From NCBI GenBank assembly GCA_041690135.1, contig JAWLHY010000013.1, positions 148,921 through 212,920 on the forward strand: a stretch of DNA of 64,000 nt. Reading direction: 5' to 3'. Position 1 is the stretch's first letter, and every line of letters begins with the position of its first letter. Made by a program: the position numbers and the translations under genes. This DNA comes from Armatimonadota bacterium. GTDB lineage: Bacteria > Armatimonadota > SYMT01. Below the pieces are notes generated by a model. It was given only the letters and a program-made list of their open reading frames with translations, had not been told where the DNA came from and did not search any database. This document shows, piece by piece, positions 9,961 through 18,603 of the stretch.

Positions 9961-10410
9961 CTACGAAGTGGGCGGGGCGCGCGAAGGGCGCTCCAGGGCT
10001 ACCGGCGGCGGTCGATGGTCGGTTTCTTCCGGCCAGCCCGCGAAGGTGAAGGCATCCAGGACCAACTCCGGCAGCGGCGCCGCCAGCGGCAGCGCGGCTA
10101 CGCAGAGATCCTCGATCAATGAGCCTGTTGGTACGAGAGCCGCGAGATCCGGCGCAGCGGAAACGGAATAGCGGCAGTGGCCCAGCATGGGGCTCGCCGC
10201 TTCCGCTACGGGAGCTTCCGCTCCGTGTCGGCACGCCTCCACCGCGACCCTCGCGCAGCAGGAAGCTTCGCTCTCCGGCCCCGCGGCCTTACTCCCAGGC
10301 GCCACGACGCAGGGAGTGCCGTCCTGGCAAACCCAGGCCGCACGCACCGGAGCGACCAGCGCGACAGTGAATGCCAGTATGAGGATGAAAGCGAGATACG
10401 GCCTGCGCAC
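9961..10410 (-). CDS. DUF2946/CruR-like leader protein ending in RAPP
   Basis: Probable GTG start at 10410 (ORF open to 10569); hydrophobic N-terminal segment, scattered Cys (WVCQDGTPC, SCC), C-terminus ERPSRAPPTS*; about 130 nt upstream of the Cys-rich gene. Confidence 0.7.
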   Translation of the reverse strand: MRRPYLAFILILAFTVALVAPVRAAWVCQDGTPCVVAPGSKAAGPESEASCCARVAVEACRHGAEAPVAEAASPMLGHCRYSVSAAPDLAALVPTGSLIEDLCVAALPLAAPLPELVLDAFTFAGWPEETDHRPPPVALERPSRAPPTS

Positions 10411-10519
10411 GGCTAAATGACCCCAACCGGATCGATCCGGTTCCCTCGATGTGCTCTCAGTATTCCCGGTTTTCCGATACCGAACTGAACTCCGAGAATT
10501 ATCGTCGTGCTGGCCGTAG

Positions 10520-10542
10520 ATTATCATGGAATTCATGAAAAT
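10520..10542. promoter_or_regulatory. AT-rich imperfect palindrome ATTATCATG-GAATT-CATGAAAAT, candidate metalloregulator operator/promoter
   Basis: 8/9 matching arms; contains TGATAAT on the minus strand; upstream of the RAPP leader. Confidence 0.4.
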
Positions 10543-10548
10543 GCACGC

Positions 10549-10577
10549 AAAGGACCCGGCGGTAATCACCGGGTCCT
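10549..10577 (-). terminator. Possible terminator after the His-rich gene
   Basis: Stem AGGACCCGG/CCGGGTCCT with only a short U run. Confidence 0.4.
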
Positions 10578-10607
10578 ACGCGTGCCGTTCCGTATTGTGA
10601 TGGATGC

Positions 10608-10958
10608 CTAGGCTGCGACTTCTACCTGGCCGTGGTCGTCGCAGTGGGTGCCGTGCGGGTGGTGCAGGTGCCCATCCACCAGGTAGTCCACGTGGTCGCC
10701 ATGGGGCACCGCTTCGTGGCCGCAGCCGGGTCCGTGCTGGTGGCCCGGATCGTGGGCGCCGCAGTTATGGTTGGGCGTGCAGTCCGCCGGGTTGGCCGCA
10801 CCCACGGCCAGGGCATGCTCGTCTACGTGGTCGCCATGCATGTGGTGGAGGTGTCCGTCGTGGAGGTAATCTGTGTGCCCCTCGTGTTTGATGGCCGTAT
10901 GACCGCAGCCCGCTCCGTGCTGATGAGTGTGGCCCGCATGTTCCTTACAGTCGCTCAT
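10608..10958 (-). CDS. His-rich tandem-repeat putative Zn-binding protein
   Basis: 27 His and 6 Cys in 116 aa; two copies of HQHGxGCGHxAxxHxxHxDYLxDGHLHHxHG; GGAGG RBS; directly downstream of the SmtB-type repressor. Confidence 0.85.
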   Translation of the reverse strand: MSDCKEHAGHTHQHGAGCGHTAIKHEGHTDYLHDGHLHHMHGDHVDEHALAVGAANPADCTPNHNCGAHDPGHQHGPGCGHEAVPHGDHVDYLVDGHLHHPHGTHCDDHGQVEVAA

Positions 10959-10979
10959 GAGTTGCTCCTCCGGCCGCCC

Positions 10980-11360
10980 CTAGCGGCAGTTTTCTTTGGC
11001 GTGCGCGATGACGTTGGTGATGACCTCCGCGACATGCCCGTCGGCCAGGAAGTAGTAGATATGCTTCCCTTCCCGGCGGGTAGCCACAAGGTTTTCGGCG
11101 CGCAGTACCCGCAGTTGCTGGGACACCGTCGAGAGCCCCACCCCCATGGCTTCCGCGAGGTCGGTGACGCACCGCTCCCCGTCGAGAAGTTGGTCCAGCA
11201 GCCTCAAGCGCGAGGCATCGCCCGCAGCCCGGAAAATCCTGGCTGCCCGTTCCAGTGCCGCGTCGCTGGCTTCGGCGCCCCGGGTCATTGCTCCCGCGTG
11301 CGCCTCCCCCCGGCAACCCGGCCCGCCTTCCAGGGTCTCTCGATCATCGCTTCCGTTCAT
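10980..11360 (-). CDS. ArsR/SmtB family metal-sensing repressor with an alpha5 site
   Basis: FRAAGDASRLRLL, ERCVTDLA, STVSQQLRVLR, RREGKHIYY; alpha5 ligand pattern DxH-x10-HxxE (DGHVAEVITNVIAHAKE); start placed at ATG 11360 after the promoter. Confidence 0.9.
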   Translation of the reverse strand: MNGSDDRETLEGGPGCRGEAHAGAMTRGAEASDAALERAARIFRAAGDASRLRLLDQLLDGERCVTDLAEAMGVGLSTVSQQLRVLRAENLVATRREGKHIYYFLADGHVAEVITNVIAHAKENCR

Positions 11361-11394
11361 CACTTCATTATATGTTGAAGTGATCGATTGTAAA
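11359..11394 (-). promoter_or_regulatory. Sigma70 promoter TTTACA-16-TATAAT overlapped by the 9-8-9 inverted repeat ATCACTTCA/TGAAGTGAT
   Basis: -35 at 11389-11394 and -10 at 11367-11372 on the minus strand; ATG 6 nt after the -10; IR at 11359-11384. Confidence 0.7.
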
Positions 11395-11489
11395 CCGCAG
11401 ATTTGCAATCGTTTCGCCGAGGACGGGAAGCGCCACGCAGTGGATCGCGCACAGGATCGCCATGAAGGAGCTGAGGCTCGATCCGCGCA

Positions 11490-13841
11490 TCAGTGGGCCT
11501 CTCCCGCCGCGTGACCCCCGCAGCACCCGTGAGCGTGATGCGAGTGGTGGTGCGCGGAACTACAGCAACCACCACTCGCTCCCGCGTGCGTGTGCGGGAC
11601 CGTCGGAGCGGCCACGGCCTGGAGCATGGGCAGTTCCAGCCCCCGCGGCGCGGCTACGGCGTGAATAGGGAGCGGGCTGCGTACCGGGTTCATGGTTTCG
11701 GTCCGGCTGGAAGGCATCCCGGTAGAACCGGCGAGGGATGTCTTCTCCCTCCGTCCCAGGAGGCGACTGGAATTGAGCATAATCAACAGGTCCGGCAGGT
11801 TGTGCGCGGCGGCGGCATACACGGGCGGCAGCAGGCCGACGGCGGCCAGTGGGAGCCCGCAGAGATTATAGAAGGCACTGAAGAACAGGTTCTGCCGGAT
11901 GGTGCGGACCGCCTTGCGGCCGATCCGGATCGCCTCCGGCACCAGGCGCCAATCGTCCCGGAGCAGGGTCAGGTCCGCCGCCTCCAGCGCCACGTCCACG
12001 CCTCGTAACCCCATCCCCACCCCCACGTGGGCCTGGGCCAGGGCGGGGGCGTCGTTGATTCCATCGCCCACCATCATCACCCGGCATCCGCTCGCCTGGA
12101 GCTCGCGGATAACCGCCGTTTTCCCCTCGGGCAACAGGCCCGCCCGGCATTCCACTCGCAGCGCGTCGGCCACGCGCCGCGCGGAAGCTGGGTGGTCGCC
12201 GGTGAGCATCAGGACGCGGCGGATACCCAGCGAGCGGAGCTCCTCCAGCGCCTCCCGCACTTCCGGACGCGGCGTATCGGAAAGCGCGATCCAACCGGCG
12301 AGCCTTCCCGCGCGCGCTACCAGCAGGACCGTTCTTCCCTCGTCCTGAAGCTGGCACACCCGCTGCTGGTTTCGCTGCTCGATCGAAATGCCCTGTTCTT
12401 CCAGCAGCCGGGTATTGCCCACCAGCCAGCGTTCACCCGCGATGCGCCCTTCGACGCCGCGCCCCGGGTGGGCCTGGAAGCTTTCGGCGTGGCCCAGGTG
12501 CAGGCCTTGGTGCCGGGCGTATCGCACCACCGCCTCCCCCACCGGGTGTTCGCTTTGCCGCTCGAGGCCGGCCACCGCCGCCAGCATCGCCGGAGCGGAG
12601 CCTCCATTGACGGTCTCCAGCGCGGCGACTTCCAGTTGTCCGGTCGTCACGGTACCTGTCTTGTCGAGCACCACGGTATCGACCGTTGCCAGTTGCTCCA
12701 GGGCGGCGCCTCCCTTGATGAGCAGGCCGCGCCGGGCCGCGCTGCCGACGCTGGCGATGACGACCACCGGGGTGGCCAGGGCGATGGAGCAGGCGCAGGC
12801 GGTCACCAGCACGGCAACCGCGTTCTCGATCCGGTGTGAGAGGAAGAAGGTAGCGGCCGCGAAGACCAGGATGCCGGGTAGGTACCAGGCGGTGAACCGG
12901 TCGGCAAACCGCTGGGTACCGGATTTGCGGGACTCCGCCTCTTCCACCAGGCGGATGATCCCGGCGAAAGTGGTATCCGCCCCCACCCGGGTCGCTTCGA
13001 TCTCCAGGCTGCCGGCCTGCACCAGCGTGGCCGCGAAGACGGGATCTCCCGGCTTCTTGTCGACGGGAAGAGACTCCCCGGTTACCGTGGACTCGTCGAC
13101 CGGCGCCAGCCCGCGGAGCACCGTGCCGTCCACGGGCACGCGCTCGCCGGGACGAACGAGGATGCGGTCGCCCACGGCCACTTCGGAAATGGGCAGTTGC
13201 CGCTCCGTAGCCCCTTCCAGCACGCGCGCGGTGGCGGGGCGCGAGGCGACCAGGCGCTGCAGGGCTTCCCGGCTACGGCCGGCGCACAGCGCTTCGAGCC
13301 GGTCCGCCACGTGCATGAAGAACAGCACGATCCCCGCCGTGACCCACTCCCCGGTGGCCGCGGCCGCCGCCATTCCGAGGACCAGCAGCGAGTGACTGGT
13401 GAGCCGTCCCCGCATCATCCCCCGGCCGACTGCCAGGAATTGCTTCCAGCCCGCCGCCAGCAGGGCCGCGGCTTTCACCGCCGCGGGCACGGGTGCAAGC
13501 AGGCGGTCGAACAGGCCCAGGTGCTCCCCCGTGGCCAGCAGGAGCACCGCGGCCGTTATCCCGGCCAGCATCTCCCAGCCGGGAAGCCGTTCGGTAGCCG
13601 GGGCGGAAGTTGTCACCACCTCTTCCGGCACCTGATAGCCCGCGCGGGTAATCGCCTCGGCCAGGTGGCGAACCTCTACCTGGTCGGGGGCAAACTCCAC
13701 GGTCGCCCGTGCGGCGGCGAGGAGTACGGATACCCGGAAGACGCCCGGAAGCCGGTTCAACAGCGCCTCCACCTCGGAGGCACAAGACGGACAGTCCATC
13801 CCCTGGATGGGCAGTTCCACGGTGGTAGTGGTAGCGGACAT
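11490..13841 (-). CDS. Heavy-metal P1B ATPase with a non-canonical CAC membrane motif and a His/Cys-rich tail
   Basis: HMA GMDCPSC, TGES, VTACACSIALATP, DKTGT, SEHP, GDGINDAP, YN in TM7; tail GCCSSAHHHSHHAHGCCGGH; GAGGG before ATG 13841 (ORF track to 13949). Confidence 0.92.
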   Translation of the reverse strand: MSATTTTVELPIQGMDCPSCASEVEALLNRLPGVFRVSVLLAAARATVEFAPDQVEVRHLAEAITRAGYQVPEEVVTTSAPATERLPGWEMLAGITAAVLLLATGEHLGLFDRLLAPVPAAVKAAALLAAGWKQFLAVGRGMMRGRLTSHSLLVLGMAAAAATGEWVTAGIVLFFMHVADRLEALCAGRSREALQRLVASRPATARVLEGATERQLPISEVAVGDRILVRPGERVPVDGTVLRGLAPVDESTVTGESLPVDKKPGDPVFAATLVQAGSLEIEATRVGADTTFAGIIRLVEEAESRKSGTQRFADRFTAWYLPGILVFAAATFFLSHRIENAVAVLVTACACSIALATPVVVIASVGSAARRGLLIKGGAALEQLATVDTVVLDKTGTVTTGQLEVAALETVNGGSAPAMLAAVAGLERQSEHPVGEAVVRYARHQGLHLGHAESFQAHPGRGVEGRIAGERWLVGNTRLLEEQGISIEQRNQQRVCQLQDEGRTVLLVARAGRLAGWIALSDTPRPEVREALEELRSLGIRRVLMLTGDHPASARRVADALRVECRAGLLPEGKTAVIRELQASGCRVMMVGDGINDAPALAQAHVGVGMGLRGVDVALEAADLTLLRDDWRLVPEAIRIGRKAVRTIRQNLFFSAFYNLCGLPLAAVGLLPPVYAAAAHNLPDLLIMLNSSRLLGRREKTSLAGSTGMPSSRTETMNPVRSPLPIHAVAAPRGLELPMLQAVAAPTVPHTHAGASGGCCSSAHHHSHHAHGCCGGHAAGEAH

Positions 13842-14053
13842 GGAAAAACACCCTCTTCTGCCGCGAGCAGCCATGCCGGAATGCTGATTGTGCGGGCCTG
13901 GCGGCGACCGGCCGCGGAGGCGCCGAATCCCCCACCATGGGCTTTCCATCCGGAAAGGGCCGCGAGTAGGGGCCGAAACCCGGACCCCGCTCCGAAACCG
14001 CTACTGGAGGCAGCCGAATCACGAGGGGCGCGGGACGGGGGATCGCTTGAGGA

Positions 14054-14392
14054 TCAGGCAGCAGGGGGGCCGCGGGAGGGGCGGAGGGGGTGGCAACCGG
14101 CCAGGGTCGCCTGGGGGGAGATCGGGGAAAGCTCGAGAGCGCTGGTGGCCGTGGAAGCGTGGAAGCCGAGTGTCTCTGGTTTCGGCCGCGCCTGGGCGAG
14201 CCACGCGCACGCGGGACAGGAATGATCCCCGAAAGGCGCGTCCGCCTCCGCGTGCACCGCCGTGAGGACCACTCCCGGTTCCCCGGCGTGCGCAGAGTCG
14301 CCCGCGCACCGGTGACCGAGAACCCCGCCCGTCCCCGCAAAGAGGAGACAGGCAGCCAGAAGCCAAGCCACGGCCCGGGAGCAAGACAGCAC
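14054..14392 (-). CDS. DUF2946/CruR-like leader protein (CPAC, C-terminal RGPP)
   Basis: Hydrophobic N-terminal segment, HSCPAC, ends RPSRGPPAA*; start uncertain (GTG 14392, ORF open to 14506); about 210 nt upstream of the P1B ATPase. Confidence 0.72.
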   Translation of the reverse strand: MLSCSRAVAWLLAACLLFAGTGGVLGHRCAGDSAHAGEPGVVLTAVHAEADAPFGDHSCPACAWLAQARPKPETLGFHASTATSALELSPISPQATLAGCHPLRPSRGPPAA

Positions 14393-14515
14393 AAAACCGA
14401 ACCCTGCCACAGGGTTCAGGTAAGGTGTCCGGGGCCGGTCTATCGCTCTCCTGGTACCACTCATTGCCGAGAACGACCTATCCAACGTCGCAGCAGGCTT
14501 AACCACCCAACGAAT

Positions 14516-15481
14516 TCATCGGATGCCGTCCCGCTTCTCTGTAGGGATACTACGCGCTCTCCAGGGGACACTCCTCCCAAGTCCCGCGCGGTTGAGCACC
14601 TTTTCCAGAACCACGTCCGGACCGACCACTGCCAGCCCGGTTTTTGCCACCTGCACGGCTCGTTCCGACTTTCCGGAGCTGACGTAGCAGAGAGCGAGCC
14701 AGCGGAAGGCGTCGGTGACGGCGCCGAACTCCTCCTCGGACAGCGCGCGGTCGCGCTGGGCGAGGGCCAGGGCCTGGTTCAGGTGTCGTTCCGCGGCGAC
14801 GAAATCCCGGAAATAGACGAGATGGAACCGCCCGACCTCGGTGTGGATCTCGAAGGATTCGGGGTTATGCCGGAGCCCTTCCTGCAGGAAGCGCAGCCCG
14901 GCTTCCGCGTGCTTTCCCGATTCGCAGAGGATGGCGCCGCCCGTGGTGTAGCCGCGGATGAAGTGGGGGTCCAGCCGCGTCATCAAGCGGAAGAACGGCA
15001 GGGTCTGTGCCTGGTCCCGGTGGATCTCCATCCCCTGCTCATCCGAGTAAGGCTTCACGGCGCGCTCCAGATCCCCCAGGACGCCCCGGAAGTCTTCTTC
15101 CTTGCTGGGGATCGCGAGGACGTGCCCGTGATTTCCGTTCTCCTCCTCGTGATGCTCGTCGTGATGGCCGTCGTGCGCGTGTTCGGCCTCGCCGGCGGCC
15201 TCATCGTGCTCGACCCCGCCGTGGAGCACCTGTTCGCTCTTCACCCACATCATTCGCGCGAGGAGACGGCGCCCCTCCCACGTGGCCCCGGAAAGGGACG
15301 CTTCTTCCGAAGCCGTGGTCAACGGGCCGGAACGCAGGAAACCGCTTCCCGCCCCCAGCCCGATCAGCAGCGCGACCAGCGCCGTGCCGCGAATCAGGTC
15401 CGCCGCAGCCTGGCGTTTCCGCGCGGAAGCGTGGGAGCGGCCCGGTAGGAGAGACTCCGCCATCCGATCAGCGCTGGACAT
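14516..15481 (-). CDS. Membrane-anchored TPR-like protein with a His/Glu-rich segment
   Basis: N-terminal TM; HGGVEHDE...HAHDGHHDEHHEEE; TPR-like helices (FLQEGLRHNPESFEIHTEVG); start overlaps the upstream stop. Confidence 0.7.
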   Translation of the reverse strand: MSSADRMAESLLPGRSHASARKRQAAADLIRGTALVALLIGLGAGSGFLRSGPLTTASEEASLSGATWEGRRLLARMMWVKSEQVLHGGVEHDEAAGEAEHAHDGHHDEHHEEENGNHGHVLAIPSKEEDFRGVLGDLERAVKPYSDEQGMEIHRDQAQTLPFFRLMTRLDPHFIRGYTTGGAILCESGKHAEAGLRFLQEGLRHNPESFEIHTEVGRFHLVYFRDFVAAERHLNQALALAQRDRALSEEEFGAVTDAFRWLALCYVSSGKSERAVQVAKTGLAVVGPDVVLEKVLNRAGLGRSVPWRARSIPTEKRDGIR

Positions 15482-16304
15482 AGCTCTCCGGCTCCTGGAT
15501 CGATTCCGGCTGCTTCTTGGCGCGCTGGACGAACTCGTCGATGCAGGGCGGACAGCAGAAGCGGTATTCCTTGCCGCCGATGGTCCACACGAACCGGGGG
15601 TTTGCCTTGGTGGAGGTGATGGGGCAGATCCGGTCGCCCGGGCGCGGGTTCATGTCGTGGCTCGACTGGATGCCCCGGTACTTCGCGGCGGCAGACTGGG
15701 TGCCGTTGGCGCGGATGTCCGCCTCCGTGTACCGGCCTCCCGGCGTGGCGTACAGTGCGGACACCTCGTCCGCTCCCGCCCCGCCCGGCATGGAGAGCAT
15801 TTCCAGCATCTCGGGGTGGACTTCGTCGGCCCGGTGCGGCTTCAGCTCGAAACGCGCGCGGTAGCCCTTTCCCTCCAGGGGGAGCGTCATCGCCACGGTT
15901 ACGGGTGCGCCCACCAGGCTTTCCGGCAGCTGACCCAGGAACGAGGAGGACTGGCCGTTCGGGTCGCCGGGCTGGGGGTCGGCGCTCAGCGTGACGGGCG
16001 CGGATTCCACCTCGTCGTCGCCCTGCACCTGGGCCACTACTTCGGGGAGCGGGGCCGGCGTCAGCTGCGCTTCATCCTTCCCCAGGAGATACACCCGCAG
16101 TCTTCCGCCCTTCTCCAGCACGGCCTCTACGTGGTGGTTGCCGATCGCCTGGATCGCGCCGCCGTGGCGGCTGGAGTGGGCGTGCTCCTTCGCGTCGTGA
16201 GCCCTGGCACCCGTGCGGGATGCGGACAGCATGAGGACCGAACCGGCGGTCACCGCACCCACCAGTCCGAGGAGAGCAACTCTGGAATTCGGCTTGAACG
16301 GCAT
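15468..16304 (-). CDS. Exported metal-binding protein with a C-terminal YHS/TRASH-like domain
   Basis: Signal peptide; HxHxxxHGG..HHVE N-domain; CPIT...YRFCCPPCIDEF; GGAG RBS. Confidence 0.75.
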   Translation of the reverse strand: MPFKPNSRVALLGLVGAVTAGSVLMLSASRTGARAHDAKEHAHSSRHGGAIQAIGNHHVEAVLEKGGRLRVYLLGKDEAQLTPAPLPEVVAQVQGDDEVESAPVTLSADPQPGDPNGQSSSFLGQLPESLVGAPVTVAMTLPLEGKGYRARFELKPHRADEVHPEMLEMLSMPGGAGADEVSALYATPGGRYTEADIRANGTQSAAAKYRGIQSSHDMNPRPGDRICPITSTKANPRFVWTIGGKEYRFCCPPCIDEFVQRAKKQPESIQEPESYVQR

Positions 16305-16391
16305 CTTCTTCTCCGATGCAACAGTCTGTGCCCGGCACCTCTACGGATGGGGTGGGTGCCGTCAGCCCACGTCACCCTATGGTGGCATCTT

Positions 16392-16457
16392 ACCTTAGAT
16401 TATTGAGGTAGTGTTTCATTAGATTCTTGAGGTTGTACTTCATTAAATCCTCGGCCT
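16392..16457. repeat. Three degenerate 24-bp-period direct repeats in the divergent promoter region
   Basis: TTAGATTATTGAGGT (16395), TTAGATTCTTGAGGT (16419), TTAAATCCTCGG (16443). Confidence 0.6.
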
Positions 16458-16462
16458 TGAGT

Positions 16463-16491
16463 TTGACGCTGGTTCTGGCATATGCTACAGT
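16463..16491 (+). promoter_or_regulatory. Sigma70-like promoter TTGACG-17-TACAGT with an extended -10 TG
   Basis: -35 at 16463-16468, TG at 16483-16484, -10 at 16486-16491; 45 nt upstream of the leader ORF. Confidence 0.55.
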
Positions 16492-16535
16492 ACTGCACTA
16501 CCCGCACGGGTCGTGCGAATGGAGTATAGCCTGCC

Positions 16536-16901
16536 GTGCCCGGCCTCTTTCGACAGTTCAAAAAGAGCCAGCGAAGCCTATCCGCCGTTCTGATCCTGGT
16601 CTACGTGCTCGCCCTGGGTCTCCTCACCGGAGGTCACCAGTGCCTCGCGGGGCCGGCAGCGGATGGGCGGCACGTGCACGTGGGTGCGGAGCAGGTACTC
16701 GCGTCTCTCGCGGACGACAGCCCGACGCATCATGCCTGTCCGGCGTGCACACTCCGGGCAGGCGCCGAGGCCCAACTCCAGATGGCCCCGGCGTTCCCAA
16801 ATCCCGCGGCGGACTACCGGCAAGTCCTGCCCCTTTCCGTCCCCGACTTCCTTACCCTCTCCTCGGTCCCCTACTCCCTCCGTGGACCTCCCGTTTCCTG
16901 A
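16536..16901 (+). CDS. DUF2946/CruR-like leader protein (HACPAC, C-terminal RGPP)
   Basis: GGAG RBS with GTG start; TM/signal segment, GGHQC, HVH, HHACPAC; ends YSLRGPPVS*; first gene of the porin-ZnuABC unit. Confidence 0.78.
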   Translation: MPGLFRQFKKSQRSLSAVLILVYVLALGLLTGGHQCLAGPAADGRHVHVGAEQVLASLADDSPTHHACPACTLRAGAEAQLQMAPAFPNPAADYRQVLPLSVPDFLTLSSVPYSLRGPPVS

Positions 16902-17115
16902 TGGGTTTCCTTACCGGGATCGACGCCTGAGCGTCGTCTCCCACCCCACCGCCTCAAGCCTTTACCGGATGCTGTTCCGCTAGTACGGATCTCCGGTAAT
17001 GTGATTGCAGCCAAGTAACCAGGCTGTCGGCTCCCGGCAATGCGTCCAACCTCGCTGACGCGGCCACTCCGGACGGAGCTACGACAGCCCATGAAAAACC
17101 CTGAATCAGGAACAC

Positions 17116-18566
17116 ATGATGGAGAAATCAATCAAGGTCGCCCTGCTGGCGGCCGGAGTCCTGGCCGCCGTGCCCTGCATGGTCGCTGCCGAAGAAGGAA
17201 AAGAGTCCGCTGCCCCGAACAACTCCGCCGCCTCGGAGAGTGGCAATGCGCAGTCCGGCACCCCGGCCGCCCCGTCGTCGCGGGAAGCGGAGATCGAGAG
17301 CCTCAAGAAGGCGATCGAAGAGTTGCAGAAGCGCGTGATGGACCTGGAGAAAGAAAAGAAGGCGGAAAGCGACAAGCCCGTCGAGCCGGTCCCCGCCGTG
17401 CCCGAACCGACCCCCACCCCCCCCCCCCCCCCCCCCCCCCGCGGGCCCCCCGGGGCCCGGGCGGGGCCGGCGCTACCTTTTTGCCGAACATCAGTGTCGT
17501 GGGGAATATTATCGGCCGCGCTGGAGACACGAGAGCGTTTCCGGGCCGCGGGCGCACGCACCTGGAGGAACTGGAAGTCGCGTTCCAGGATGCCGTAACT
17601 CCGAAACTCCGCTACGATGTCTTCCTTTCCGCAGAGAAGGAAGAGAGCTGGTCGGTGGGCCTGGAAGAAGGTTTCCTTACAGCTACCGGTCCGCTTAAGA
17701 ACCTGAACATCATCGCCGGCCGGAAGCGCACCCCCATCGGACGGTTCAACCCCCTCCACCCGCACCAGTGGCTCTTCATCACCCAGCCTACCTCGCACGC
17801 GTCGTTGCTGGGGGACCACGGGCTCATCGCGGATGGCGCCCTTGCTCATTACATTCTCCCAACCAAGGGGTTCTATGCCGCCCTGGAGTTCGGCGCGTGG
17901 CAGACGGCGAGCCATCACGCTCATGAAGAGGAAGAGCATGAAGATGAGCACGAGGAAGAACACGAAAAGGACCACAAGAAGGGCAAGAAGGTGCTCCGCC
18001 GGCCAGGAATTGCGCAAGCGGAGCACGACCACGGCGGCGAGTTAGGCTTCCAGGGGGGCGAAAACGGCGCCTACCATACCCGGTTTCACCTGGCCAAGGC
18101 GTTAGATCGCAACACGGAGATCGAATTCGGTGCCACACGCTACTGGGGACGTGGTCCCAGTCCGCACCTGACCGGACGGCGAATGCTGGCCGTGAACGGA
18201 CTCGACTTCAGTTATCGCAGCTATCCGGGCGCCTACAAGCGCCTGTGGTTCCTGGCGGAGTTGCTGGCGCACGAGACGAGCGATATCAACGGAAGCACCA
18301 AGCTGCGGCCCGGCGGCTTTGCGATGCTGGCGTACCGGTGGAACCGCTATTGGGAAGCGGGCATTCGTGGCGACTACACGAAGTTCCCCTACCCCATCGA
18401 AGGCAAGGAATATGGCGGTAGCCTGTTCCTCACGAAGTATCTTACGGAACAGACTTCGCTGCGACTGGAGTATCGACATGAGCGCGATCCCCAGTACGGA
18501 GCGTCCAATGGAGTTTTCTTCCAGCTCCTGTTCGGCTCCGGGCCGCACACGCATGAGATCCAGTAG
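17116..18566 (+). pseudogene. Outer-membrane beta-barrel/porin-like protein of metal-ABC operons, frameshifted at or near a C24 tract (real or sequencing error)
   Basis: Signal peptide and coiled-coil in ORF 17116..17598; beta-rich body (LPNISVVGN, LEEGF, FNPLHPH, SLRLEY, FQLLFGSGPHTH) in the other frame (ORF 17040..18566); C homopolymer at 17417-17440. Confidence 0.7.
17417..17440 (+). repeat. C24 homopolymer
   Basis: 24 consecutive C in a Pro-rich linker. Confidence 0.9.
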
Positions 18567-18603
18567 GCCCAACCACCTTCCCATCCAGATAGGAGAATGG
18601 CTG

